Shown piece by piece: positions 50,137 to 58,532 of a DNA stretch of 64,000 bases. Below the pieces are notes generated by a model that was not told the DNA's origin, searched no databases, and saw only the letters and a program-made list of their open reading frames with translations. Origin of the DNA: Thermofilaceae archaeon. Its GTDB lineage: Archaea > Thermoproteota > Thermoprotei > Thermofilales > Thermofilaceae. Position numbers and translations under genes: made by a program. Each line of letters opens with the position of its first letter. Position 1 is the stretch's first letter. The DNA is taken from contig JAWCCZ010000003.1 in NCBI GenBank assembly GCA_038861545.1, positions 189,444 to 253,443 on the forward strand. Direction: 5' to 3'.

Positions 50137-51111
50137 TCACTCGCTTCTCTCGTAGAAAGTTTGCCTAGCGTTTCTCAGAGTAACCACTTTTCTAACTAAA
50201 CCCCTGCGCAATAGCTCTGAAAGAGCATATCTCACCGTCCTCTCGGGTAGCATAGTTTCATCCGCGAGCTCTTTAACGCTCATCGGGCCTTTAATCTCAA
50301 GTATTTTCAGCACGAACTTGGCACTGGGCGGCATCTCAAGAAGATCGGAGGGGAACTTCTCCTTGAGTGTTTCCTTTACAGAAGGGGTTGAAAAAATTCT
50401 GACTAACCTTAGGGGTGTATCAGCCTTCCTAACTTCGACGTTGCTTTTAACGCGAGCCCGCATACCCCCATCAGCTATAGCCTCGCATGGATGCTTGCTC
50501 GATATACCACTAATTTCAATCAGGGAGGAATCGGGAACTATCAAAGGCCTCTTGGATGGATCAATGCTGTTCACGGGCAGGAGTTCTAGGACCTGCGCCC
50601 CCTCGAAAACCACTGCTCCGCCAGCTGAGAGGGCATACGCGGTAGAGCCTATGGGGGTTGCCGCTAAGACACCGTCAGCCCTATCCCTCCATACTAAATC
50701 CCCGTCCACGTAGAGCTCATAGCTCATCAGGGTAGCGCTTTTCGAAGGGAAGACCGCTATCTCATTAAGAGCATGCAGCAGGGTCTCCCCGTCAACTATA
50801 CCTTCTAGTTTGGTGTATTCAGCTATCTCGTATTCCCCCTTCTCGAGAGCCTCAAGCGCGCTGCCAAGGTCATCAACTGTAGTGGATGTGAGGTAGCTTG
50901 CTCCTCCGGAGCTCACGCCGAGTATAGGTGTACTTCGTTTTCCTAAGACTTGGATAGCGTCGAGCACATCCCTATCGTCGCCCACCACTACTACGAAGTC
51001 AGCCGAGTCCAAATTCTCAGATCTACCCATGCCGTGGGCGGTTAAAGTATCCTCTACTTCCTCAGCAGGGATAACCCCTTTACCGAACAGCACGTAGACC
51101 TTAAGCTGCAA
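50137..51111 (-). CDS. NAD kinase-like protein fused to a C-terminal winged-helix domain
   Basis: LNEIAV, ADGVLAATPIGSTAYALSAGG retained; GGDGT reads GDDRD; C-terminal MPPSAKFVLKILE..GPMSVKELA.ET.LPERTVRYAL..L...GLV; RBS GGAGGTGA. Confidence 0.88.
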   Translation of the reverse strand: MQLKVYVLFGKGVIPAEEVEDTLTAHGMGRSENLDSADFVVVVGDDRDVLDAIQVLGKRSTPILGVSSGGASYLTSTTVDDLGSALEALEKGEYEIAEYTKLEGIVDGETLLHALNEIAVFPSKSATLMSYELYVDGDLVWRDRADGVLAATPIGSTAYALSAGGAVVFEGAQVLELLPVNSIDPSKRPLIVPDSSLIEISGISSKHPCEAIADGGMRARVKSNVEVRKADTPLRLVRIFSTPSVKETLKEKFPSDLLEMPPSAKFVLKILEIKGPMSVKELADETMLPERTVRYALSELLRRGLVRKVVTLRNARQTFYERSE

Positions 51112-51154
51112 TCCTTGCTCACCTCCACAACTCGACTATGCAGTTATTGCCGGT

Positions 51155-51170
51155 AAAAGGGACTTTTTAA
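51155..51170 (+). promoter_or_regulatory. Putative BRE/TATA of the nadACX operon
   Basis: AAAAGGGAC-TTTTTAA ending about 25 nt before ATG 51195. Confidence 0.5.
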
Positions 51171-51194
51171 CTCTGGTGGCAAACCCCTTGACCG

Positions 51195-52121
51195 ATGACG
51201 GCGATCGAGAAGGTTAGAAAATTATTGGAGGGCAGGGACGCGGTACTTCTAGCTCACAACTATCAGCGCCCAGAAGTCCAAGATGCCGCTGACTACGTGG
51301 GCGATAGCCTAGAATTAACATTAAAGGCGCTCGAGTCCAAGGCCAGCATCGTAGTTTTCGCTGGCGTAGACTTCATGGCAGAGCAAGCCGCTGTGCTATG
51401 CCCCAACAAAACAGTTCTCACTCCTGAACCAACTGCGAAGTGTCCTATGGCCGCAATGCTGACCCCCGAACTAGTGAAGAAATACAGGAAGAGGTATCCA
51501 CGGGCTCCTTTCATAGTCTACGTTAATACCCTTGCCCGCGTTAAAGCTTTAGCTGACTACGTGGTGACCAGTGCGAACGCAGTTAAACTAATTTCATCTC
51601 TCGACTCGGAAATTATTCTTTTTGGTCCAGATAAAAACCTAGCTGGGTATGTTGCTGAAGTTACGGGAAAGAACATTGTGCCAGTCCCTAAGTATGGTCA
51701 TTGCCCTGTACACGAAATAATAACGCTTGAGTGCCTACTGGCCAATAAATCTGAGCACCCGAACGCGAAAATACTGGTTCACCCGGAGTGTCCACGAGAA
51801 GCGAGGCGGTTAGCCGATTTCATCGGTAGTACTGGCCAGATGGTGAAGGCAGTCTCGGAGCTAGGCGGGAGGGAGTACGTAGTAGCCACAGAGGTGGGAC
51901 TTCTCCATAGGATGCGCAAGACGGGCATAGCTGCTTACTCAGCGAGTCCTTATGCGGTTTGTGTGGAAATGAAGAAAACAACGTTGGGTAAGGTTACCGC
52001 CTCACTGCTCGAGGGCAAGAGCATAGTACGGGTACAGCCTAAAGTAGCGGAGCGCGTCAGGGGCGCGCTCGAAAGATCGTTCGAGATCTTGGGGGTAGAT
52101 ATACCATGGTTGAAGAGATAA
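51195..52121 (+). CDS. nadA: Quinolinate synthase
   Basis: LAHNYQ, GDSL, GV.FMAE, C.MA, YVNT, TS.NA, PD.NL, C.VH, HPEC, GST, TE.G, C..MK. Confidence 0.96.
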   Translation: MTAIEKVRKLLEGRDAVLLAHNYQRPEVQDAADYVGDSLELTLKALESKASIVVFAGVDFMAEQAAVLCPNKTVLTPEPTAKCPMAAMLTPELVKKYRKRYPRAPFIVYVNTLARVKALADYVVTSANAVKLISSLDSEIILFGPDKNLAGYVAEVTGKNIVPVPKYGHCPVHEIITLECLLANKSEHPNAKILVHPECPREARRLADFIGSTGQMVKAVSELGGREYVVATEVGLLHRMRKTGIAAYSASPYAVCVEMKKTTLGKVTASLLEGKSIVRVQPKVAERVRGALERSFEILGVDIPWLKR

Positions 52122-52963
52122 TATACCGGAGGATGCTGGATTGGCTGGAGGAGGATATCCCGTTCTGGGATGTTACTTCACAACTTATACCACCTGGCTG
52201 CGAAGCCCTAGCAGTCGTACTAGCTAAAGAGCCCGGAGTTTCGGCATGCATAGAAGAAGTAGCTTGCTTCCTAGAGAAGTTGGGCTTCCGAGTTAAGGTG
52301 AACGTCTACAGCGGGGAAAGTTTCGAGCGCGGCTCTACGCTGCTCGAAGTACGAGGGGATCTTAGTAAGCTGCTTCAAGTGGAGAGACTTGTCCTGAATC
52401 TCCTTGCGCACGCGTGCGGAGTGGCCACGCTCACCAGAAAATTCGTCGAGGCTGTTAGAGAAGTTAACCCTAAGGTGAGGGTCGCGGCTACTAGGAAAAC
52501 TTTACCCGGGTTAAGGTATTTCGAAAAGCGAGCCGTTGTAGCGGGCGGCGGCGACCCGCATAGGTTATCTCTCTCCGACATGATAATGATAAAGGACAAC
52601 CATCTTAAATGCTTCAGCTCCGTTAGCGAGGCTGTTAAAATGGCAAGGAAAATGGTCAGTTTCTCGGGGAAAATAGAGGTTGAAGTAACTTCCCCTGAAG
52701 AAGCCGTTGAAGCAGTTAAAGCGGGAGCCGATGTGGTTATGCTCGACAACTTCACTGTAGGGGAAGTGGTTAAAGCTCTAGGGTACCTGAGAAGGGAAGG
52801 TCTTAGAGATAGAGTGGTGGTGGAGGCTTCAGGAGGTATAACCTTGGAGAACGTGGCCGAGTACGCAAAAACTGGGGTCGATGTAATAAGCATCGGAGCA
52901 CTCACCCATTCAGCGCGCGCGCTCGACATCTCGCTTGAAGTTGTAGAGGTGAAAACTCCATGA
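52106..52963 (+). CDS. nadC: Nicotinate-nucleotide diphosphorylase (quinolinate phosphoribosyltransferase)
   Basis: EED.P..DVT, ER..LN, TRKT.PG, HR..LSD..MIKDNH, EVEV, MLDNF, EASGGI, IGALTHS. Confidence 0.96.
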   Translation: MVEEIIYRRMLDWLEEDIPFWDVTSQLIPPGCEALAVVLAKEPGVSACIEEVACFLEKLGFRVKVNVYSGESFERGSTLLEVRGDLSKLLQVERLVLNLLAHACGVATLTRKFVEAVREVNPKVRVAATRKTLPGLRYFEKRAVVAGGGDPHRLSLSDMIMIKDNHLKCFSSVSEAVKMARKMVSFSGKIEVEVTSPEEAVEAVKAGADVVMLDNFTVGEVVKALGYLRREGLRDRVVVEASGGITLENVAEYAKTGVDVISIGALTHSARALDISLEVVEVKTP

Positions 52964-53751
52964 AGGGTTTAGCGATCATTGGCTGCGGAGCCATTGGCGG
53001 GATCATCGCTAAAGCGGTAGATGACGGGCTTATTGAAGCTGAGCTATTATACCTCTTCGACGTAGATTGCCAGAAGGCGGAGCGTCTTGTTGCCAGTCTG
53101 CGCCGCCAGAAACCACGCGTCGCGTCGAGCGTCATCGAAGTAGCTGAAGACCCTAGGATCGATACCGTGGTTGAAGCTGCTAGCCAGGAGGCTGTTACCC
53201 GGTACGCTGAACAGTTGCTTAAGGCCGGAAAAGAACTGGTAGTGCTCAGTGTCGGTGCGTTGCTAAAAACCGAGATTAAGCCCTTGTTGGATAAATATTG
53301 GAGTCGCATTCATGTACCATCAGGTGCTTTAGCAGGGTTCGATGCAGTTAAAGCGTTAGCGTTAGTGGGGGTGGATAGAATCGAGCTGACAACCCGCAAG
53401 CATCCTTCAAAACTGTCTGATACACCTTACGTGAAAAGCAGGGGGCTGGATTTAAACAGCTTAGAAAAACCTACTTTGATCTTCGAGGGCACCGCTACCG
53501 AAGCCGTTGAAGCTTTCCCTCACAGTTTAAACGTCGCGGCGGCTCTAGCCCTAGTCTCGAACGCGCCGGTTCACGTTAAGGTGATCGCCGATCCGCGCGC
53601 GGAGCGGAATATTCATGAAGTAATGGTTCATTCGAAAGCCAGTACTCTGCTCATCAAGGTTGAAAACGTGCCGCATCCAGATAACCCGAGGACTAGTTAT
53701 TTAGCGGCTCTTTCCACAATCTCGCTGCTGCGTGATCTCTGTGGGCGCTGA
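52960..53751 (+). CDS. nadX: L-aspartate dehydrogenase
   Basis: GCGAIG, VEAAS, SVGAL, PSGA..G.D, TTRK.P, FP...NVAA, N.HE, NPRTS.LAALS; in operon with nadA and nadC. Confidence 0.93.
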   Translation: MKGLAIIGCGAIGGIIAKAVDDGLIEAELLYLFDVDCQKAERLVASLRRQKPRVASSVIEVAEDPRIDTVVEAASQEAVTRYAEQLLKAGKELVVLSVGALLKTEIKPLLDKYWSRIHVPSGALAGFDAVKALALVGVDRIELTTRKHPSKLSDTPYVKSRGLDLNSLEKPTLIFEGTATEAVEAFPHSLNVAAALALVSNAPVHVKVIADPRAERNIHEVMVHSKASTLLIKVENVPHPDNPRTSYLAALSTISLLRDLCGR

Positions 53752-53912
53752 ACGTTTAATCTTTCTTCACAGAGTGTTTTCAAGCGTCGTCTATAGCAGC
53801 CTCACAAGCCTCGACACTCTATCTCGCTGGGCTGAGTAAACTTTACCTCCACTGACTGGCGACACGCTATTCGATTTCGCTCGGGATCTGATGCTTAGGT
53901 TTAATGTAAAGA

Positions 53913-55070
53913 TTAGCTATGCTTCAGCTCGCTCCTAAATACCTTCCTCCCTTCCAAGCTTTTCTCGTAAACCTTTTTCACTTCCACTGGTTCCGGTACT
54001 ACCGGTCCATTCTCCAAGTTCCTACGATACTGTAATGCATCATTGACCATTTCATCCAGCTCGTCGGGGCTAACGCCGATTGCCGCTAAACTGTCCGGGA
54101 TTCCTGTTTCCTCCTCCAGTTTGATGATTTCAAGTACTAAGCTGTGCCAATCCCTAAACCCTAGAGCGTTAGCCAGCGTTTCAACTTTGCCGCTTTTCTC
54201 CGCGTAGTACTCAAGGACATAAGGTAGGAGAAGGGCGTTCGCCATGCCGTGATGTACACGATGCTTAGCAGTTAAATAGTAGCCGAGGCCGTGCACCATT
54301 GTCGACCCAGCTTGATTAATTGCAACTCCAGCTAGCATGCTTGCATACATCATCGCCTCCCTAGCGGCGCGGTCTCCTCTCGCGGCGCTGCCCAGCTCGC
54401 GCAGGATTATGGTAGCCGCCTCCCTTGCGAATAGGTCAGAAAGGGGTGATGCACGCCTACTTAGGAAGGCTTCCAGCGCGTGGGAAAGCGCGTCAAACCC
54501 TGTGCCGGCTACCAAGCGGCCGGGCATGTAATCTGTGACGTCGGGGTCGAGAAGGGCTACCCTGGGGATTATTGCCGCGCCTTGCATAACGACCTTCCTC
54601 CCAATGAAGGGGTCGAGGAGCACCGAATACTGCGTGACTTCGCTGCCAGTACCGGTGGTCGTCGGCGCCGCTACGATGGGCAAGGCTTCTTCAACCGTTT
54701 TCGGGTAAAGGTGGTCCCCCGCTGAACCTCCCAGCTTGGCTGCTGCAGCTATCGCCTTCGCCGCATCCAGAGCGCTCCCGCCCCCGAACCCCACCACGAC
54801 GTCGATGTTCTCCTTTTCAGCTAAGCGGGAACCCCTATCCACGGTGCTTATCGAGGGGTCTGGCTCAACCTCCGCGAAAACCGTGACCGCTAAGCCGGCA
54901 TCTTTCAGTGAGTTAACCAGCTTACTTAAGTAGCCACTGCCTGTCGCGAAATTCCTACCAGTTACTAAAAGAGCCCCGCTACCCAGCTTAGCGACAATTT
55001 CCCCGACTTTGCTTAATGAACCGCGCCCGAACACCATTTTACCTGGCTGCTCGAATACGAACGTGGTCAT
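53913..55070 (-). CDS. Iron-containing alcohol dehydrogenase
   Basis: VEPDP, GGGSALDAAK, PTTTGTGSE, DALSHALE, VHG, HG.AN. Confidence 0.93.
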   Translation of the reverse strand: MTTFVFEQPGKMVFGRGSLSKVGEIVAKLGSGALLVTGRNFATGSGYLSKLVNSLKDAGLAVTVFAEVEPDPSISTVDRGSRLAEKENIDVVVGFGGGSALDAAKAIAAAAKLGGSAGDHLYPKTVEEALPIVAAPTTTGTGSEVTQYSVLLDPFIGRKVVMQGAAIIPRVALLDPDVTDYMPGRLVAGTGFDALSHALEAFLSRRASPLSDLFAREAATIILRELGSAARGDRAAREAMMYASMLAGVAINQAGSTMVHGLGYYLTAKHRVHHGMANALLLPYVLEYYAEKSGKVETLANALGFRDWHSLVLEIIKLEEETGIPDSLAAIGVSPDELDEMVNDALQYRRNLENGPVVPEPVEVKKVYEKSLEGRKVFRSELKHS

Positions 55071-55147
55071 AAGTAACCTGTTTTTCTCAGCTTAAAACTC
55101 AACCGTTATACGACAAGTTTAACTGTAGCTGAAGCCCGTAACCTCGG

Positions 55148-55549
55148 ATGACGCTTAGAGAGGAGGTTTTAAACTACGTGAGAGAGTACTACGCGGCGAA
55201 CGGGTTACCCCCCAGTATAAGGGATATCGCCAAGAACCTGAAAGTTTCCACCAGAACTCTATACTCCCTCTTCCCGGGTGGAGTGGAGCAAGTCTACGAG
55301 ACTGCTGGATTAAACCCCCAGCTTGGAAAAGCGAGCAGGTACGCTGAGCTATTTTCCCTTTACCGAGAGTACTTATATGTGAAGGGTTGTGAGGAAAACA
55401 TCCTTACGCTTATCGAGTTCATCGAAAGCGTAAGGGAATTTGTACGGGCAAGGCTGGGGGCAAGCGCAGCGGAAAGGCTGGAGAAAGCTCCCCTCAACAC
55501 GTTTAATAAAGTAGCTAGAATTTACCTCAAGAAAATGAAGAGGAACTAG
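55148..55549 (+). CDS. Protein with N-terminal HTH (LexA-like PSIRDIA motif)
   Basis: Y...NGLPPSIRDIAKNLKVSTRTLYSLFPGG. Confidence 0.7.
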   Translation: MTLREEVLNYVREYYAANGLPPSIRDIAKNLKVSTRTLYSLFPGGVEQVYETAGLNPQLGKASRYAELFSLYREYLYVKGCEENILTLIEFIESVREFVRARLGASAAERLEKAPLNTFNKVARIYLKKMKRN

Positions 55550-55743
55550 GCTTAAAGGTAGAGTTATGCCTCTATACTTCACGTGCCCAGAGCATTGGAG
55601 CTAGCATCCCCTGCTGAGCATTACCTACCGTAAAGCTGAAGTATGTCCACGACATATTAAATTATGCAAAGGACATATTCGGGATTCTTAGAAAGAGATA
55701 TAATGAATGCCGTGAACATGCAAACTTCTGAGTTACACCAGCA

Positions 55744-56523
55744 TTAACCCTCCTTTGAAGCGAACTTGCGAATCCTTTCTACAACATCTGAAGGTAAAGT
55801 TTCATCTTCAACTCTTCTAGCGAGAGGCTTCTTTAAAACGAGTCCCTGACCATCAAGTATATTTAGCTCCCAAGCTCTTAAATCATGAGCTGTCTGCCTC
55901 ATCTTCTCCACAAGAAGGTACCTCTTTAAAATTCCGTTTGCAACTACACGCTTGAAGTGAATGATGCCGTCAGCTACATGCTCAACCCCCCATCCAAAAG
56001 CGTACCCGGTGGTTATAGCGTACTGGCTGGTCGCGAATATAGTGAAACCCCAGCGGTTTAGAACTCTCTTTACTGTATAGCTCTGCTCCCTAGCCCGCAC
56101 GGGTGCGCGCAGCCAGAAGGCGCTCATCGAGTCGATGACTAGCCGCTTGCAGCCTCTACCCAGCGCTTTCTTCGCCGAGATCACCTTATCCAGCATCTCC
56201 TCAATGGTAACATCCCTAAGGCTCCACTCATCCTCTTTCTCCCTCATCAAAGCGTCAACGACCACCAGCCTATCCTCTCTAACCATGGACTGGAAATCCA
56301 TTTTGAACTGCGAAGCCTGCCTTACTATACTTTCCCTGCTCTCCTCTGTGGTCACATAGATGCAGCTCTCCCCCTGCTTCAACCCAGCCCAAGCGAAGTG
56401 CAGGCAAGCAACTGTCTTCCCCGTCCCCGGCATACCGACGAGCGCCACGAGGAACCCCTTCGGGACACCCCCGCCCAGCAGCTCATCCAGCTTCGCTACA
56501 CCGGTCGACAACCGAGCGCTCAT
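55744..56523 (-). CDS. KaiC-domain / RAD55-family ATPase
   Basis: LSTGV..LD.LL.GG.P, GMPGTGKT, TEES, VIDSMS, EH.ADGII, VEKMR.T.H. Confidence 0.9.
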   Translation of the reverse strand: MSARLSTGVAKLDELLGGGVPKGFLVALVGMPGTGKTVACLHFAWAGLKQGESCIYVTTEESRESIVRQASQFKMDFQSMVREDRLVVVDALMREKEDEWSLRDVTIEEMLDKVISAKKALGRGCKRLVIDSMSAFWLRAPVRAREQSYTVKRVLNRWGFTIFATSQYAITTGYAFGWGVEHVADGIIHFKRVVANGILKRYLLVEKMRQTAHDLRAWELNILDGQGLVLKKPLARRVEDETLPSDVVERIRKFASKEG

Positions 56524-56833
56524 CCCAAGCTAAGAGCATTCGGAGCCTTTAAAACCATCTCTGCTCGCTGAACGGGGGATCTAGCCCGCGACTCTCTTTA
56601 AAAACACTGTTCTCAAGCAATGCTTGGGTAAGCGCCCGTAATCCTTAGAGTCAACCTATGCGCGCTTGTTAAAGCTCAGTAAACGCCGCTAAGACTGCGT
56701 GAAGCCGACTTATCCGTTTACTATCGCCGACGCGCTGGCGGTTTTCAATGCGCAGACGGCGTGAACAGCCTGCATACCGATGCTGCCTAGAACCGAGACA
56801 GCATGCTTCCCCTCGATAAACCGATATTTTAAA

Positions 56834-56934
56834 TGGTAGCCCGGCGGGGATTCGAACCCCGGTTCTCGGGGGCGTGCTCTCCGAATCTATGCCGGAACAG
56901 AGCCCCGCGTGCTTGACCGCTACACCACCGGGCT
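56834..56934 (-). tRNA. tRNA-Gln(CTG) with a 24-nt intron at 36/37 (56874-56897), CCA encoded
   Basis: Acceptor AGCCCGG/CCGGGCT (A1-U72), T-loop TTCGAAT; BHB GCTC-TG^T ... GAGC-AC^G; spliced arm CGGGG-CT-CTG-GC-CCCCG. Confidence 0.9.
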
Positions 56935-57780
56935 CGCCCCCTCTTACCATGGACACGCCTTTAACCCTTTCGCCCCAGCTAAGCGTAGCCTGCGTTAGAA
57001 AAGCTTTGAGTTTACGCGTAGCGAGCTGGAAGCGTTTAGGGGGAATATCTCTCGACAAATACGTACGTCCTTTTTCGCTCGTTTCCTAGCACCAATGCAT
57101 GTTAACCCTCCTCGACTTTTCCAGCCTGCTAGCTTTAACTGGCGTTCACAGGGCTCCTCGAAAACTCTCAGCGTGAAAGGTCCTCTCGCGTTTAAGGTAA
57201 ATACGTGTACAGTAAAGTAGATGAACTACGCTGCACTTCAACGCTATTTATCTAGCAAAACGCGTGAAATAAACGCGAGATTCACGGGCAGAAGACCAAA
57301 GCGGTAACAAGTAGTTTAGCCCTTTTCTATACTTCCCTGCACGCGGACCCTAAAGCCCCGCAAAACTGTTCGCTTCCACACTGACTTTTTACTCGCGTCT
57401 CCTGCGGTTCACGTATCATGTTGATAGCGTCTAGGCAAGCACGGTTCTTTTACACGTTATTCAATGTTCTTCTCTACATTACCGTTTACACATTTTTACA
57501 TTCCCGTAAACGTTTTCATTACTGCATTATTATTCAACTTTACTGTCAACGCGCTTCTGCTTCCCTTACTGTAGAAGAAATTTTAGGTGTGAAAACTTCG
57601 GCGGCGAGCTTTTCGCTGAAGCCGATGCAGTACGCTGAGCTTAACTTTTCCGCAGCCTCCTTTACCGGCGCCCGCTCGTCTCTGCCGTAGACAAGTTTAT
57701 CCACCATAAGCTGCGGATATTATTGGAAACGCCTATTTTTTACACGTGTTTGCAGCCTAGCTGCCTTGAGTTTCCACGCT

Positions 57781-57811
57781 AGAAAAAGTGTAGAAATTCT
57801 ACACTTTTTCT
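57781..57811. repeat. Inverted repeat, 15-bp perfect arms, 1-nt spacer
   Basis: AGAAAAAGTGTAGAA-A-TTCTACACTTTTTCT. Confidence 0.95.
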
Positions 57812-57937
57812 CCACTCCGTTTCTACACTTCCCGTAAAGCATAAAAGGAGTTTCCAGGAGGTTTATGAATGTTAATTGGGATAGCTTGGGGATGAGTAGG
57901 CTTGAATGGGCGCGCACCAGGTAGCTTCCGCGGGGCT

Positions 57938-58435
57938 CTACATGGCCGGTTTGCCGCATAGGATAGCTAGGTCCTTCAGCTCGGGGTAATCGAAGACCTG
58001 GACGTTTTCCAGCTTGCCGGCGATCTGGGGCAGCAGCTCGAGCTTCTTCCTAAGTAGAGTAGCGGCGAGTAAACCCCCTGTTTTCAGCACTGTTAAAGCT
58101 TCGCCCAGGAGGGCTGGAGCCTCGTGCAGCACTGTAACGGAGTACACCGCCGCGAACGAGCAGCTCCTGAAAGGCATTTTCTCCGCGTCGGCTTGAACAA
58201 GGTCTACGAGCCTGCCTGTAAGCCTGCGCTTAGCTACCTGCAGCATCCCCTTGGAGGAGTCTAACCCTACCCCGTACACCTCCAGCGCCTCCAACAGCAT
58301 CCCCGTCCCGCATCCCGCGTCTAAAACCGGTTCAACGGGGGGCGCTAAGCTTAGAACAACCCGATGCTTCGCGAGCTGCTCGCTAGAGTAAAGCTCATCG
58401 TAGCGCTCCGCGATCAAGTCGTAGCTTAAGCTCAC
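57938..58435 (-). CDS. Class I SAM-dependent methyltransferase
   Basis: YD..A..YD.LY..EQ..K, VLDAGCGTG, GLD.S..ML, ADAE.MPF. Confidence 0.9.
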   Translation of the reverse strand: MSLSYDLIAERYDELYSSEQLAKHRVVLSLAPPVEPVLDAGCGTGMLLEALEVYGVGLDSSKGMLQVAKRRLTGRLVDLVQADAEKMPFRSCSFAAVYSVTVLHEAPALLGEALTVLKTGGLLAATLLRKKLELLPQIAGKLENVQVFDYPELKDLAILCGKPAM

Positions 58436-58532
58436 GGCGTTAAGCTACTAAATGTTAGCTTAAAAACGATTTCTAAAACCTAGAACTACACTGCCCATAT
58501 ATACCCCGCGCGGAGAAGGGTAATGACCCCAA

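Noticed and set aside
53752-53912. Possible C/D box sRNA (several CTGA)
   Set aside because: No convincing RTGATGA C box at a suitable spacing.
56669-57089. ORFs 56669-57058 (-) and 56874-57089 (+)
   Set aside because: They overlap tRNA-Gln; translation artefacts.
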